Assembly: GCA_000004985.1 (NCBI GenBank)
Contig: GG738845.1
DNA: 64,000 nt
Reading direction: 5' to 3' (one strand)
Origin: Naegleria gruberi
Lineage: Eukaryota
Below are positions 63,280 to 64,000 of this stretch, piece by piece; positions within the stretch are counted from its first letter, which is position 1; every line of letters begins with the position of its first letter. The notes under the pieces were generated by a model. The model saw only the letters and a program-made list of their open reading frames with translations, was not told where the DNA came from and searched no databases. The translations under genes were made by a program, and so were the position numbers.

Positions 63280-64000
63280 ATGTCCTACTCTCCAACCCAA
63301 ATACAACATACACAAGTACAAGAGGACGATGAAGAGCAATCTAATGGTAGCGAATCTCCACAAGAAGAATCATCTCACTCTTATATAGCCACACAAATAC
63401 AAGATAACGATGATATGTATGATGAGGAAGATGATCAACCTACAGAACAACCTACAGAAGAGCAATATCATGATGAGGAAGAACAATCCGAGGAAAAACA
63501 ACAGAAAGAGTTAGAGTTTGATGAAGAAGAAAAAGAAGAACCAAAGAAATCATCCAAAAAAAAGAAAAAGAAATTAGAAGTGAAAGAAAAAAAGAGAAGA
63601 CAAAAAAAGGATGATGATGATGACTACCAAGATGAGGAAGAGAGTGAAAAATCAGTCAATGAAGAGGATGAAAACAATGACGAAGAAGTGGATAAAAAAA
63701 AGAAAAGAAAAAGATTACAAAAAGGAAAAGAAAAAAGGAAGAAAAAGAAGGAATCAAATGAAGAAACTAGTCCTTCCAATGAGGATGACTCTTCTCTAAT
63801 CCATGATGAGGAAAATGAAGGATCGTCTCGATCAAAACAAAATGTGGATGATGACGAATTCAACAAGTATGTTTTGAAAGAGGTCAAATCACGTCGTTCA
63901 GCTTCTACAGATAAATTGGAAGCTACAGCACAGCCACAAGCAGCAGAGATTATAAAACGTATGACTGCTGCCTACTCTGATGATGTGGAGGCATATCACA
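63280..64000 (+). CDS. 5' part of a gene for an acidic/lysine-rich (probably nuclear) protein, running off the window end
   Basis: ATG at 63280 (MSYSPTQIQHTQVQEDDEEQSNGSESPQEE..) opens a frame without a stop to position 64000. It alternates acidic blocks with K/R-rich blocks (..KKKKKKLEVKEKKRRQKKDDDDDYQDEEE..). It is not in the ORF track because no stop lies in the window. Confidence 0.4.
   Translation, partial: MSYSPTQIQHTQVQEDDEEQSNGSESPQEESSHSYIATQIQDNDDMYDEEDDQPTEQPTEEQYHDEEEQSEEKQQKELEFDEEEKEEPKKSSKKKKKKLEVKEKKRRQKKDDDDDYQDEEESEKSVNEEDENNDEEVDKKKKRKRLQKGKEKRKKKKESNEETSPSNEDDSSLIHDEENEGSSRSKQNVDDDEFNKYVLKEVKSRRSASTDKLEATAQPQAAEIIKRMTAAYSDDVEAYH

Noticed and set aside
63611-63799. Lys/Arg-rich 62-aa ORF (MMMMTTKMRKR...) near the window end
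   Set aside because: It is an alternative frame of the GAA/GAT/AAA-rich region. The frame-1 reading from ATG 63280 is longer, unbroken to the window end and compositionally coherent (alternating acidic and basic blocks), so that is taken as the real gene.
1-64000. Prokaryotic features (operons, CRISPR arrays, RBS-led genes, tRNA/rRNA genes)
   Set aside because: Spliceosomal introns with GTAAGT donors, eukaryote-specific proteins (NAT10, XPB, SCAR/WAVE, DRC1, zDHHC) and divergent/convergent monocistronic layout show this is nuclear eukaryotic DNA. I saw no direct-repeat/spacer array and no cloverleaf-compatible tRNA-like segment on visual scanning. A formal tRNAscan would be needed to be certain about tRNAs.
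1-64000. Nematode (C. elegans-like) origin suggested by ~47-nt introns and TTTCAG acceptors
   Set aside because: The gene content includes motile-axoneme proteins (DRC1, MNS1, SPAG17-like), which nematodes lack, and an EDR1-domain kinase typical of plants and protists. Genes have far fewer introns and much shorter intergenic regions than nematode genes.

Overview
This is a eukaryotic nuclear genomic window, not a prokaryotic one. It is AT-rich and very gene-dense, with about 38 protein-coding genes on both strands. Intergenic spacers are tens to a few hundred bp. Several neighbouring genes have abutting stop codons or start codons only about 20-40 bp apart. Introns are few and tiny, about 38-75 nt. 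Donors are GTAAGT, GTATGT, GTGAGT or GTTTGT and acceptors are (T)nAG. Many track ORFs are single exons of split genes, truncated where a donor creates an in-frame TAA/TAG, and I reconstructed a number of exon junctions by hand. The supplied ORF track also shows TTG/GTG starts as 'M', so several true ATG starts lie downstream.

The clearest products are:
- SCAR/WAVE, adenylosuccinate synthetase, NAT10 (4 exons), XPB/ERCC3 and RNA Pol III RPC8/POLR3H (2 exons)
- DNAJC2/zuotin, a 3-exon zDHHC palmitoyltransferase with a DHFC variant motif, and an inositol polyphosphate 5-phosphatase
- a JmjC demethylase, an EDR1-domain Raf-like kinase (3 exons), TMEM43/LUMA (3 exons) and a mitochondrial carrier
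- mitoribosomal bL28m, a PPR protein, and a class-I methyltransferase with a presequence-like N-terminus
- an RRP5/PDCD11-like protein consisting only of the HAT domain, with an apparent frameshift
- axonemal proteins MNS1 and DRC1, plus a large SPAG17/PF6-like protein
- a UBZ+RING multi-zinc-finger E3 ligase with a hidden 3' exon

The most unusual non-genic structure is a 507-bp MITE-like element in a divergent promoter region. It has perfect 15-bp terminal inverted repeats (CGGGGGGGGAGATCT) flanked by a 7-bp direct duplication (TTTATTG). Two 50-N assembly gaps interrupt genes.

The gene content points to a flagellated, aerobic protist with conventional mitochondria (axonemal N-DRC/MNS1 genes, mitoribosome/PPR/carrier genes, an EDR1 kinase). 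Species cannot be determined from the sequence alone. I found no rRNA, tRNA, CRISPR or prokaryotic operon structure. All intron coordinates were derived by eye and may be off by a few nt.
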